Origin: Bugula neritina
Lineage: Eukaryota; Animalia; Bryozoa
DNA length: 64,000 nt
Assembly (NCBI GenBank): GCA_964035545.1
Contig: OZ037768.1
Coordinates: 8,154,741 to 8,218,740, forward strand
Direction: 5' to 3'
In this document: piece by piece, positions 1-38,229 of the stretch
Numbering within the stretch: the stretch's first letter is position 1
How the letters are laid out: every line of letters starts with the position of its first letter
Program-made: the position numbers and the translations under genes
The notes under the pieces: generated by a model
Seen by the model: the letters and a program-made list of their open reading frames with translations, nothing else
The model's database searches: none
What the model was told of the DNA's origin: nothing

Positions 1-466
1 TTCAATCCAGCTTTAACGCTCTTGTGTCATACTGCCACTTGATTTGCTTGAGGCATGCCATGGCTTTACATTATTTAGTTCAGTAAGAGATTGGAAGTGT
101 TTGGAATGGAATTCCAGTAACAAATGTATGACACAGAGCTCTGTTAACCTTTTAAACAAACCATGCAACTGGTGAGCATGAAACTGATGGCTTCCCTATT
201 TACAGGAGTGTTAACTGCACTGTTTCAGCTGTATTAGATTAGAATCTTGCTTTGACCAGACTTAATAATTTGGTGTTAAGCTCTACCCTTAGATGTTCGA
301 AGCTGGTGGCTTTGTTTGGTCGAGTATGAACTCTGAATAATCACTGCTAATCTTTCTGTCAGGACATCTGTTGAGGCTGAATTTCTCTTGAAGTTGAGAT
401 GCTGCCTATAATTTGTCTAGTCTAATTCAGCACAGTTTTATAGCACAGTTGCTGCTTGTTTTTTAG

Positions 467-3400
467 CTGAAGATGAAGAGCCATTTCGAAAAATAGGTCA
501 TTTTGACCCATATACAGATGACCCGAGACTAGGCGTGCAGCGGATATTTCTGTGCCCTGTCAGCGATATCCTAGTGGTGGCTGGCACGGCCGGGCAGGTG
601 ATTGTCCTGCAGATGGAGAGAGAACAGAGGGAACTTGACATCAAAGTATGTCATTGCTGTGACACAAACTACATTCATGAACAGTCTTATTTCCTGAGAA
701 TATTGAAACATGTATTCTGAACTGGGGATGGTGTTTGTTATTTCTATGTTGTTAGCCCTAAGAAAACTTGTATATGAGAATAGTGTACTTGTATAGAATA
801 TAGAGGAAATGTAGCATTTATTATATACTCCTTTGTTTGTAAATTTACTTTTATTTTGCTATGTTGTCAGCTCTATGAAAACTTTTGTATGGTGATAATG
901 TGAAAGATATGCAATAGTTGGTGCTTGCATACAATATAGAAGAGTTGTAATCTTTTTACTCTACTCCTTAGTCTATAAGATTATCCTCCACCTGACTTAC
1001 TGTTGTTCACCAATTATTAAGGTTAGTAAAGTGAACCTAGTTGGAGACAGGGACAACTTTGTATGGAAGGGCCACAGTAGCCTAACAGTGGTGTCAGGTG
1101 ATGTCAGGTATAACCAGGGTTTCCAGCCACAGTGTATTCTACAGATGTCTCCCCCGGCAGCCTGCACTGCTCTCTCCGTACACACAGAATGGCAACTGTA
1201 AGTTCATGGTATTGCCGCTCACTCACTTTTGGTTGTTATGTCTTGTTAGAGAGAGAGAATGAACTGTGTTAGTCTAATGTTTGTAACTGGTAGTCTAATG
1301 CCTTGCCTTGAACTACTATTTCGTTTTATTCAAACTTGAATATTGCACTTGGTTTTGGTATTGCAAATGATCAGTATTTTTGGACAGTATGTTACATCGA
1401 ATACGTGACCAGGTCAGGGCATAGTAAGCTATAAGAACTTGACATACTACTGGGAAAAAATTTCTCATTTTGTCATTAAAGTTTTTACCACAAATATTAT
1501 GTATTGGTAAACGTAGGTTAGACTAAGTGCTGATAACTTCAACCTCAAACTTGACGCTAAAAGTTTTCACTTTAAGAGATGGAATGTTTCATAGCTAATA
1601 TAAATCTATGTATTTCTGTTTCAGATTGTCAGCGGGAACGGCGCATGGCTTCTGTCTGTTTGACTTCTGTCAGCGTAGATCAATATCTGCGACATGTACG
1701 CTCAGCGCAACGGAAACTTCAGCTACTGACGACTCCAGCATGTCTCGCAGGAAGTCATTTAAAAAATCACTTCGTGAGAGTTTCAGGCGCTTGAGGCGGA
1801 GGCGGTCCATGGGAAAAAGTAAAAAAGAATCCGGTGCATCTAATAGACTACAGGAAATGAAATCGTGAGTTGCTGTGTGTATAGTTACTGTGTGTATAGT
1901 TACTGTATGTATAGTTACTGTGTGTGTAGTTACTGTGTATAGTTACTGTGTGTGTAGTTACTGTGTGTATAGTTACTGTATGTATAGTTACTGTGTGTGT
2001 AGTTACTGTGTGTGTAGTTACTGTGTGTGTAGTTACTGTGTGTGTAGTTACTGTGTGTATAGTTACTGTGTGTAGAGTTACTGTGTGTATAGTTACTGTG
2101 TATAGTTACTGTGTGTGTAGTTACTGTGTGTGTAGTTACTGTGTATAGTTACTGTGTGTGTAGTTACTGTGTGTGTAGTTACTGTGTATAGTTACTGTGT
2201 GTGTAGTTACTGTGTGTGTAGTTACTGTGTGTGTAGTTACTGTGTGTAGAGTTACTGTGTGTAGAGTTACTGCGTGTACTACTACTGATAGGCTGACTAG
2301 TCACCACAACTGTGTTATTGTAGCGATGGTGATCAGAGAGCTATATCCTCTCCGAAAATGCAGGCAGGACGTAAACTAGCACCCCCAACTATTGAGGAGG
2401 ATATGCCGCATGCGGAGAGGGCAATAGAAGAGAGAGGGGCATCTGGTGACGGGTCTCAGTACAGTATGGTCAGGTATGGGCCTAATCTCTAGTAGAATTC
2501 TCTACAAGTAACACCATATCTTGTAGTTACAGCCTAGACATAACAATATCCATTGTTTAGCCCTTGTCAGCTTTTGTTCCATTTTTAAAACCGTTTGTTC
2601 CATCTATTTAAACTGCCATCGAATTTAAAAGCTTGAAAGTGACAGTATGTGTAAAAGTGAAAACATGTTCTGCAGTGTAAGAAGATAACAATAATCCAAA
2701 ATTCATCATATGACCTTAAATATCGTGTTCACCAACCACTTTTGTTTTAATGTTTCATTTAATTTAGTTCTTTATCATTAAATAGGGAATTCAGTTAATC
2801 TTGCGTTTTTTAATGATGTGAAATGCCAGAGTGTAACCTCAATGTTTATATGACACGATAATATTTAAGCACATTTTACCGTCTGCTTGTTGTGACCGCT
2901 GATTAACTCCTTCTAGTTGAATCTCTGTTTATAGTTAAGGATAGTTTATGTCTAGGTTGGTGATGTCACATGAAGTTAGCATTCTGCTGCTAAGTTGTCA
3001 CACAGATGCTCACATTATTACACTGGCGGTATCCTTGCAGGTGTCTACAGTTTGCTGACACATATCTGACTGCTACTGTGCATAGTCCTTCACTATTGGC
3101 CGGTACTAACGCCGGTAAAGTCTACATATTCTCCATAGTTTTGCCTGCGTATGACAAACGAGATCAAGAAGATGTTACCGCCAGGCTTTCTAAAGAGGCA
3201 AGTTATTACTGATAATCAATAATCAATAATGCTCAACATTAATTTAGCTTCTGGAAATCATAACTTGGTGTGTTGATGTTAGAATTAAGTGAATGAGCTT
3301 TGAGTCTCGGCAGTTGGGTTCTTAGACTTTTGAAAAAATAGGATTCTCAACCCAATTTGTTAGGTTGTAATGTTTCCAAATATGATTTTAAAAAATGTTT

Positions 3401-6400
3401 GTAATGCCAAGAGTCTATCACTGTGACTATCTGTCTGTGTATGATGTGAATCTATTTGACAATATGTGATAGTTTGCCATTTATGCTATTGCCTATGATC
3501 GCCATGTACTTCATTTAGAATAAATATGTTAGTGTTGTTTTTTGTCGAACCCATATTGTTGATGCCAACATTTTGATATGCCATATTAAGATATATATGT
3601 ATGTCTGTTTGCCTTTTATAATTATTAATTATTATATCTATGTGTGGTTGTGTTTCATAATTTTGATACATTTCTGTGTTTAGATAACATTAAGACACCA
3701 AGCACCTGTGATAGGACTTTCAATAATAGATGGAACGTATTACCCACTTCCCTTAGCATTAGAAGTTCAAAATGGTAGAGCTAAGGCTCCTGATATGTCT
3801 GGCAATCACAAGCTGTTAGTTATATCAGAAGAACAGTTCAAGGTAAACAAGTTTATGTATTTTTACTGTAATTTAGGTTCTTCATTGAACCATGTGATAT
3901 TGACATGGTTCATTTTATGCTTGTGTTGATTTGGTAGAATCACATTACAAGAAGAGAAGACAATTTCAATTCAGCTTCTATTTGCTACAGCCACCCAGTG
4001 TTTCCAGTAGATGCTAAGCTAGCTTATGGCTGGTTGTTTTGATATGTATTTCCTCCATTTTCACAGTTGTTTGCGATGCCCACACTTAAACCCGAAGACA
4101 AATGGAAGTTGACGGCCCATGAAGGCTCTCGTACAAGAAAAGTAGCGACGTGTACATTTAGAAGTCGCAGTGATGAACAGTATAATGAGATGAACATTGC
4201 CTGCATGACGAATATGGGGCAGTTGTCGGTCTATACTATAAAAGGGCTTCGTAGGCAGATGAATATAGATGCCATTAACAAGATAGACATCAAGTAAGCT
4301 GTCAATTTGCAATTTCTACTTTTGAATAGCAAAGTGTTGGTGTCTTAATACAGTGTTTGTTTAAAGTTATTTAAAATTGCTATACATAAACATTTGTAAA
4401 TGGCTCTCTATGTACCGTATGCTCAAATTTGCTCCTGTGATAATATTTTTCCTAAAATATGATCATTTGTTATATTTTATCTCGTATGTATGTTATTTCG
4501 TTTGATATTTCTTTAGTAGCAAAGTTGCCATCTCCATATTTTAGGGAGTATTGGGTAGACAACTCTAAATTATATATTTTTAATTCAACACTTTCAAGAA
4601 AACATTTTACACTTGTTCAGCATGTGTCCATCTCACTCCATCTTGATATTCTGATATTTCAGTTATCTTATAAAACTGATGCTAACATAGCCCTAGTGTA
4701 GTAATGATGCAATATACTTGCAGTGGAATAGCGTCGTGTATATTGGCATCTACCGGCGAAGGTTTCTACCTGTCTTCTTCATCAGAGTATGCCAGGTTCA
4801 GCCTATCAGCTGCCAAAGTCGTTAAACCGGCATGTAAACTTACTCTTAAAGATGGTTTGAGAACCCCAGAAGGCACCCCACAAATTATTATAGAAAATTA
4901 TGGTAGGCTTTTAGTTACATTGAACAAATGTGTAATATGATTTATTATATAAATATACAGTTTAATGGGAAATATTATTGGTTCTTTCAATGCGTTTGCA
5001 CAGGTATCTCTAGGCATCATCGTCATATTGCATCTAAATATTCTAAATAGCATAGATATTAGTCATTTTGTATTCAACTAAAGGAAACTAATCAAATGTG
5101 GACATGTGTGAATGCAATGCTATAAGTACATGTGTTAAATCTATGCAGAAATAATTCATCTTTATGTTGGTATGTCTATAATGTTTCTATTTACCAGACG
5201 TTTAACCTCTGCATAAGACTTCATTGTGTTTTAGATGAGACTCATCCAACCAGCAGGGATTCTGTAGTGTCAAGAGGTGAACTGTCTGCTGCCGATATGT
5301 CACTTAGGTCAGCAGATATGACTCAAGATGAGGTGGTTGATTATGCACAGTGAGTTGCTCACTTGCTGTTAGCACTGCATAAGCTCTTCTATCTAACGCA
5401 TTCGTCACCTCACTGCACTCACTCACACTCTCTGCTTTCACTACCTTGTCAAGTTTTTAATGTTCTTGAATTCCTGGGGTTTTGGCTGACTGGTGTGTAT
5501 ATTAGTAAAGGTATATAGTAGCAACCTGGAATGCTGACTTTTTGCCATGTATTCTATGTGGTGGTAGATACATGTGACCTTTAGTCTGTCCTGTTCACAG
5601 TGTCTTGTAAGCATCTGCTATGCTGAAGTAGCTAATAACCGGGTAACCTTGTAATTGGTGATGCACGACTATGTTCCCTGGGCCTAAACTGTCGGTAGTT
5701 ATCTTCTCATTGTCAGCTAATGTGGATTCAATTCACTCTTACTCTGCTTTGCTTTGCATACACTATTTTTTCAACAGAATAGCTCTGTTCACCATTGAAA
5801 ACTATTAACATTCACAGTTGGCTGAAAATTTTGCCCATTTATTACTATACTGCCACTCACAGATGATAATTATCTGCTATACAGTTGATTATGCTTGGAA
5901 CTGCTTGGTGTTTTGCATGCATGTTTTTAATGGATGAGTATGACATTACAGTGAGGAGCCTGAGCTTAGTCCTGCTGCCGCTGCTGCCTCCGCATCTATT
6001 GCTGCCGATGATGCTAGTAACATTTGCAATGCATCTGGTGTGTATCTTCTTTTTAATTGCACCCGAACACCAAATTCTGTGCCCAATGCCTCCTTAAATA
6101 TTTTGTGCTATATGAATGAATAATATTGGAACAGGATTCTAAAGAAGCAAAACTGTATTCTGGTTATATCAGGATTGCTTGCTCTTGGACACTGCTAGAT
6201 TTAATATTAATTGGTTTATGCAAGGACTCTTAGCTTTTATAATTTTCTTGGCTGTATTTAAACATGGTGTGTGAAGTGCTACTAAATGCTTTTGGCCTTT
6301 GTTCTAGTAATTTATATAGTTGTCGAGTACATTTAGTCAGTTAGACTCTGAGGTTATGCGGCTATGTACAATCTATCTTGTGTAGCACACTTTATTGATG

Positions 6401-6908
6401 AAACTCTCCAATGTATAGACTTTGGTAAGTGATGAATCACCAAATTTTATGTAGAAACGGCAGGCCAAACCAGCGATCAGCTGACCAACCACCACTCTCC
6501 AGTAGCTGAAGAGCCCTTGGCCAGTTCTACTTTGCACTCTCACAATGAGGTGAGCAGAACGGTACCTCATCTCATAAAAATGTGTTTGGCCCTACGCAAT
6601 TTTGTGTGAACTGGGATGTAAAATATAGAATGATGGTAAAAGATGAAATTAACATAACATTCTTTTTTCAAATCACTCTTGTACTTCAAGTTGTGGACAT
6701 ATAGCTTGTAAACGCCAATATGTGAAATTTATAGTTTTTATTTCAGATTAAATTGAACTTTAGCGAGAACACCAGATATTCAACGCATATAATAGAGCTT
6801 TTCAATAAGTTTTAAAACTTGCATTTAAATAGCAAGTTAAAAGGGAGGTTTTTTATATTTTAGGCCCACTCTACAGTAACCACTGCCACTGTTGAAGTAA
6901 GCCCATAA
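467..6908 (+). CDS. LLGL: Lethal(2) giant larvae homolog, 3' portion (5' exons lie outside the window)
   Basis: Phase-consistent exons: 467-645, 1022-1197, 1625-1864, 2324-2473, 3041-3197, 3684-3842, 4067-4293, 4724-4902, 5235-5349, 5952-6037, 6455-6549. The last exon is uncertain (6747-6815 or 6864-6908). Lgl hallmarks: [23 protein letters not shown], the polybasic aPKC site [49 protein letters not shown] and [15 protein letters not shown] near 7505. Confidence 0.93.
1873..2275. repeat. Intronic minisatellite, 13-15 bp unit (TGTGTGTAGTTACTG and variants)
   Basis: Directly visible tandem array that starts a few nt after the donor at 1865. It produces the spurious VCVVT/YSYC ORFs. Confidence 0.97.
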
Positions 6909-8906
6909 TCGCCATCCAGATGCTGGTTTTATAGATTCCGGTTTATTCAGTTTGTTTTATTTGTAAAGTACACAATATATACACAAGAATTATCAAACAG
7001 TGCAATTTTATTTACTATAGTTGGGCTGTACATGTATTTCACAGCCATTTTATTTATAGCAATTAGACATTAGATTACTGCGTTTTTTCTACGTATCTTA
7101 TGAATTTTATACTTACCATTTGTCATATGTATTATTAATTAAAATTATTAGGAAAGCAAAACATGTTAGACACCAGATTGGAAGTGACATTGAAGTTATG
7201 TTAGTGAATACACTTATGCAATGCCTTCTTTGCACTATTAGTTACTTTTTTACTTTAATTCCTCATTAATCTGTTTTTGCAATGATCATATAATCTGCAA
7301 ATTTGTTTATTTTCTAAATTAACAAGTGAAGTTGTCTATTAAAATGCTCTGAAGGTAAAATGAAGTAGCCTTATTCAATACTGATTCGCTATTAACTTAA
7401 ATACCATTTCTTGTTTGCATTGTATATTGTTTTCTTGTCACTTACTGTTTTTATGTTCATTATTTATACTTGATATATATCAACTAATTTTTAAAAAAGC
7501 TCCAATAAATACCATTCCTGCTTACACATTTGCATACCATTATTCAAGTATGTTGTTATCTAGCAAGTTAGTTCGTGCATTTCCTTAAGTAGAGCTATTT
7601 GTTGATGAATTGCTATAAGTTATTAGCAAGATTACAAAATATGCTGGCAAAAGATTATGGGTGCAAGTAGTAATCTACTATTACAATTGATGTGTATTTC
7701 AAGACCCTAACCATTCCAAAAAATTATCTTTAGCTGATGCCATGTCTACATTATATACTATTCTTGATGAAAAGCGATGAACAGTCAATCTAATGTTCTC
7801 GTATGCAATTTTCAAGTCTATTGGAGGGAAAACTCCATAAAATTACATATACATTATGCTGAGTGGACAAATCTCAATAATTATACAGTTCGGCTACACA
7901 TTACAGCATATTATATCCTACCAACCCCATACCAATATACCTTTACCTATATAAGAGTTGAAGGTTATGTATGTTTAATAGAACTTAGCCCTTATGGATG
8001 CATGTAGACTTGGTACTAATTGACTACAAATACTCCTTACACTCTGCTTTACAGCTGAAAATAAGCATCACTGATCAAGGCTTCTAGGAAACTGATCACT
8101 GACATTAGTAGCCAACGGTTTTTAATAAGCTTGAAATCTGCAATTTATGTAACAGATCTGCCAGTTTTTTTGTTATTTGATTATAGAATACAGTAAAAAG
8201 TTTCAGTAATTTGAAAAATTCCTTGTTAGGTAGGGTCTGGGCAACAATATAGTATGCTCTTTCAATTACATTAGAGTAGTCCTGATCAACACATTTTCTT
8301 TTTAGTTAACGGTAGTGATAACATGCACCAAGTACTAAATTGACTTAATTTGACTAAATCACATGTTGTCAGAGAAGTTGAATTGTAGCCATAATTTCAT
8401 GCACCAAGTTGTGCAGCCGTAACTAAAATCTCTTGAAAAACAATATTTAATATTACTATAATTTTGTTAAAAAACAACAGTAATTACATGATGAGCTAAT
8501 CAATTTTACATTCATTGGCAAAGGAGTTTCAATAGTGACAACAATACCACCATGTGAAACAGGGCAAATTCGCCTTCAATGTTGACAAATTATCTGAGAA
8601 ACATTAAATATTTACAAATTCGCTGTGAAATGAACTTGCCAATGCAGTACATATGCGTAATTAAATATATCAGAATAAAAAAGAAAATTATTTTGGAGCA
8701 TCAAAGAATATTTGTAAAAAGGGAATAAATAATTGTCACATATGCATGTCACCAATTATGATGAGCCAGTCTGCTTTAAAATAAGGAACCATGTAAAAAA
8801 TAGTTGACAAAGTTGTTTCTTGGTCTTAAATCTGAATGTTAGAACTTGAAAGTAAGAGTCTGTTTTATTTGGTAAGAATATAGCCGGACCTCTGGTGACA
8901 GCGCTA

Positions 8907-17618
<8,712 letters not shown>

Positions 17619-20049
17619 GACAGAAACCTGTAGAGCCAGTTAAGCCGACTGGCAAGCTGGTAATCGTTTCATTGGGACAACACACTCGCAACTGTACTAT
17701 TTAGAGAAACCTAAAAACAAAAAATATATATAATAACACTAACCTAATCAAAATTTGATCAAGTTATGTAATCTTAATATAACAACCACTTGAAAAAAGT
17801 GATCATCATTTATAACTACACCCCTATTAGACAATGAGCACTGGGAATTATTTTCTACATGCCCAAAATTGCTCCCACACTATCAATACCTGTACTGTCA
17901 CAGCATTCAATCAGATTTCAATACACAAAACTGCTCAAAACTAGCAGTGATACTGCTTACTTGTCTAGTTATAGTGGTACCAGCAGGGTTTGCTTTCCTG
18001 TCTTTTTTCAACAGCAAGTCAAGTTAAGTTATGTGGAGGCCCAAATAAACAAATTATAAGCCAAACCCACGTCAAGTCAATTAATGACTTGAGTCCACTG
18101 GAATTGAATTGAATAACAAGTGCTTAACCAAGCCAACATATATAAAGTCTATTTAAAAGATCACATGCAATTGATAAAAACTAAAAGGTAGTTAGACCCA
18201 TTTGGCAATATAAATAGAAAAATACATTTAAAGCTTTAGGTTTTCCTATTTGGCAACATATTCATATATTATTAAAATTAAACATAAGTGTAATAATGAT
18301 TAAATTACTTTACTAGTATTCAAATTATTATTAATTTTAAAAGAACTTGCTTTTAATTCAACTTTTTGATATATTAACTTTGTTTGATTTAAAAACTACT
18401 AAACGAACTATCTTGCAGCAATTTTCAATAAAGGACACAAGTATAAGCAACCGATGGTGGATATATATGGCTTGGGATATTTTCCACAGAACTTTTTAAA
18501 ATAGGAGTGCAAGACAGCTAAAACTGTTTAAATATTAAGAATATTATTATAAAAAAAACAGTGAATTGACAGCTACATTAGTAGCATGATATTGACAATT
18601 TATATCAATGTCAGGTTTAACTATCAGCTACCATTTAAAAGAGTAGAGCACTCAGATTTCTAAAATAAAGAGTGAAAGTTAGTCTGTTGAAAGCTTGAAA
18701 CATCCACATAGACTATGATAGTCATTCAGTATTTGCAGCTTAACATAGTACAGTTACACAAATCCTATTCATAATATATATAACTGAAACTGATGGTCAT
18801 AATTATTAAGATGACCATAATAGCCAGTAATTGAGCAAAGTGTTACAGTTATATGAAAGTGGTTCAGGTTTTCGCTTTTAGTTTGCTATTGATACTCAAA
18901 CACCGGCAAAAGTACAAAATGGTTTCAATCCTACATCTATATGAGAGTCATGCTCACAGTGATAAAGCTACACACATACTTGAAGCTAATCCTATCATTA
19001 GCTTGCAAGCATACTTATGAATATGGAATTGGGCTAAAGTTGAGTCTTAGAGATGACGGAATGAATTGATGTTAATTTTTTAAGTCGGAATTGTTACTTT
19101 TACTATAAATACTATCAATTTTACATTTAAAGTACCATTTTCATGTATACCATGCAAGAAAGTTACTGAATTTAGTTTAAGACTAACAGTAACACACTTA
19201 TATAATATAAATATTCATAAAAAATTATGAAAGGTACACAATATTAATAGTAATACATCTAAATAAATTATCAAACCGAGCAGTTTTACTTACTAGTATA
19301 AGTATTAGTATATCTATAGACTGTAAGTTATACTGTATAAGCATACATACGAGTTTAGGACTATCGCTATGACTATCAGTATCAGTAAACTTGCTAGTAG
19401 TAGTTGTTACTAAATACTAACATTGTTAGTAGTTATTCAAAATTAATAAGTTCAACTTGTAACTTGTAAGTGATGATTATACTGATACTGTGATACTCTA
19501 ATTCAATACTCATACTGATAGTTATGAAGTATGATGATTGGCATGGTCAATAAATACAATTATTTTTATAGTATTATTAAATTAAAATAAAGATAAAAGT
19601 AAAACTAGAAAAAAACTAACACTAACAGTAATCATGTTTTACTTTCAGTTTGCACTTGGCTAAACCAACAAAACCTCATACCAATACTAATAAGTTATAG
19701 TTATACTCATGCTGAAACTGAATGTGGGCCTCAGTTGTCGTTAAATAGCAAAACCTTAACTTAAACTTGAAGCTTAAATTCAATTTCATACGACATATTC
19801 ACTATTCATATATTGATATAATCATATTGATATTTATATTGATAATGATTTTAATATTCAACTTTTAAGACACTGTCACTTGGCCTTGCGCTTGGACTTT
19901 CACTTCAAATCTAACTCTATGTCTTCACAATATGAATATCAAAAACACTAGTTTTTGCTAGTGCACAAGAATAATAAACTGATTTCAAAACTAAAAATAA
20001 ACGGCAACTTTTTATAGAATTATATGTAACAAAAGACTAACATTTTAAC

Positions 20050-20484
20050 TAATGTCATGGCAGATATTCTGTAGCAGTAATGTCAAAACAAGCACTTGCT
20101 CCCGATTTCCTTTTTAGACTTATTACTTATTGCCAATTTTGTATTGATACGCTTGACATACATTCGCTGTCGTTCCCTCCCACATTTTAGGCTACATTAT
20201 ACTCCTTGCCTCATAAGTTGCCCTTTATGCTGTTAAAAAAATTTATGATTGATATGATTTATTTTTAAAGACTAAAACTATTATAGTTTGGTTTAAATCT
20301 AGTAATGAATTTATGAAAAAAATTATTTATCAGTATTCAGGAATCATAATATTACTTTATTCATTATCTGATAACAGTTGGCTCCAAAGTGCAAGCAGAC
20401 AGCGATAAGTTATTAAATTATTCATCCGCCTCTTTCTTGAAAACAGCCAATGTACTAAGTTCCTAAATTTGATGCTTGACAGCC
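20050..20484. promoter_or_regulatory. Probable shared (bidirectional) promoter region for Src42A-like (-) and EPS15 (+)
   Basis: Head-to-head gene arrangement. The EPS15 ATG is in a strong context (GCCATGG) at 20485. The kinase's first coding exon is preceded by a splice acceptor, so a non-coding first exon should lie upstream. Transcription starts cannot be determined. Confidence 0.45.
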
Positions 20485-36150
<15,666 letters not shown>

Positions 36151-38229
36151 TATCTGTGCTAGATATTGCTCTGTATTATTATTTTCAGAATTATTGACTT
36201 TTCAGGCTCAATTAGATTATAATTATAACAATTATTTGGCAGTGCAATACGAATGATAGGCTATTAGTTGCAACATTATGTAATTTAAATATTGTGCTGT
36301 AGTTGCAGACCGTCATTTTTTTCATATCATAATTCTTGTTATGTATTTATTCACTAAATTCTTATATAACAAATTTGTCTTATTTAGTAAAGTTTAAGCT
36401 GAACTGTAATTGACCAGTGTAGCTTTAAAGTGAAATATATACTATCCATGGGCTTGGAAATTTGTTTTGAAATGTAATAATATGCCCAGTTTAAGAGGTA
36501 TATTAGGCAAATTAGTGGTTGAATAACTGAATTATTAAGAGCTTATGTTTTTGGCATTGCTGTCTAATATTTTCCAAAAATGTGCTATCTCATGTTTTGG
36601 CTAACTTTTGACCATGGTGAACTCTTTGTAACTTTGTTGTAAAATTCAAGTGTACACTTCATTTCGAATGTAATAATGTGTCACGAGGATTTTTTCATTT
36701 TCTAATGAGTACCAAATCAATAGTATTTCATCAATAGACTCGTGCACTAGCAGCATAACAATTTTCTTGCTTTGGCAATTTACAACACACCACTGCTAAT
36801 GAAAAATAATACATGGGCCTGGGGCAGAAGTCAATATGAATATAATTTACTGAAATGAACAGTTTGAGTACGTATTTAAAGAATGCGTGAGTTGAGAACA
36901 CATGCATGGCTTTTTGACTTTTTGCAGCTAATTTTCGTCAACATTAACTTACCAACTTGCTTCGCTTCATTTGTCCTTCCTTTTTGTGATGTATGCATTG
37001 TGAGTTTTCTAATGCTGAAATAATCTAAATATGACATTGACTGCAAAGCCAAATCAAAATGTATGCCCTTTTCTGAACTTCGAGTATTGAGATATGAGAA
37101 GGTTTGCTTGCAAAAATACTTATAACATTCTGTCATTATGGTAAAATAGTGCTTTCTATTGCTGATTTAGGCACTAGGCTGTAATAATTGGTGGGAATAT
37201 AAAATATTATACTACTGTAATAATTCTGAACAGCAGTTAAATATTTTCAAGTCACGTCTGCAACAGGAGGCTTATTTCATGAAATGAAATTGCTAAGAGA
37301 ATCACAGTGGGTGGGGGTAGTTCGTAATATGTAATAGACCCGTTGTAGTATTAAATGGTTTTAGTGAAGCAAACGGCTATGTCAAGGTTAAATCTGCTCA
37401 AATTTTTCTATTAGCTTATTTTTTTTAATTTAAGTTGTGAATATTGATATAAACTGACTAAGTACTCACTTTTAATTATAATTTGAAATTCTTCTGCGCA
37501 TTCCATGAGGTAGATTAAGATTTTTTTAAAGTTACCACTAATGATGGAAATTACTGTCATAGGGAGCCGCACAGATAGTAATAATTAATAAGTATGAATG
37601 AGAATGAAATTCAAATTGAATATCATATCCTGATTTATAATTATTATCATTATCATTATGATTATTCATTTTCAATATCAGAATATGATCATATTCTTAT
37701 TGATATTCATATTGAATATTTATATTGATATTCTCATTGTGATTGTAATTAAATTTGATATTCATTTTCACTTTGATATTCATACTGATACTCACTATCA
37801 TACTGATACTAAATATAATTATAGTAATAGTAATACTAATACTAATAGTAATACAGTATTACTAATAGTAATAGTAATACTAATACTAATAGTTGTAGTT
37901 AGCAAGGATTTCATAAGGTTGACATACATATATTACAAGGTTGACATAGGATTAAAAGGCTGACATGAATATTCAATAAGTTAATAACATTGTTAATAAA
38001 TTATTAAACATACAATAATAATAGCAATACCCATAATAATATATTATCTGATTTTAATATAATTATTTACATAATTATAATTGTAATTATATTTACTTGT
38101 TTCACAGCTTGTTGACCTATGAGTATGACTAGAAAGTAGAATCATTAGGCTCAGATAGATATTTAAAAAGCTCTTCTTGAGTGAGTTCTCAAGATGTTTT
38201 TGTTAGTGAACCGAGGTAGAATTGTCTGT

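Noticed and set aside
1875-2379. Cys/Val-rich ORFs; regularly spaced repeats
   Set aside because: These are translations of a minisatellite. There are no unique spacers, so it is not a CRISPR array.
37658-37963. 101-aa hydrophobic ORF
   Set aside because: Artefact of the hexamer-periodic AT-rich tract.
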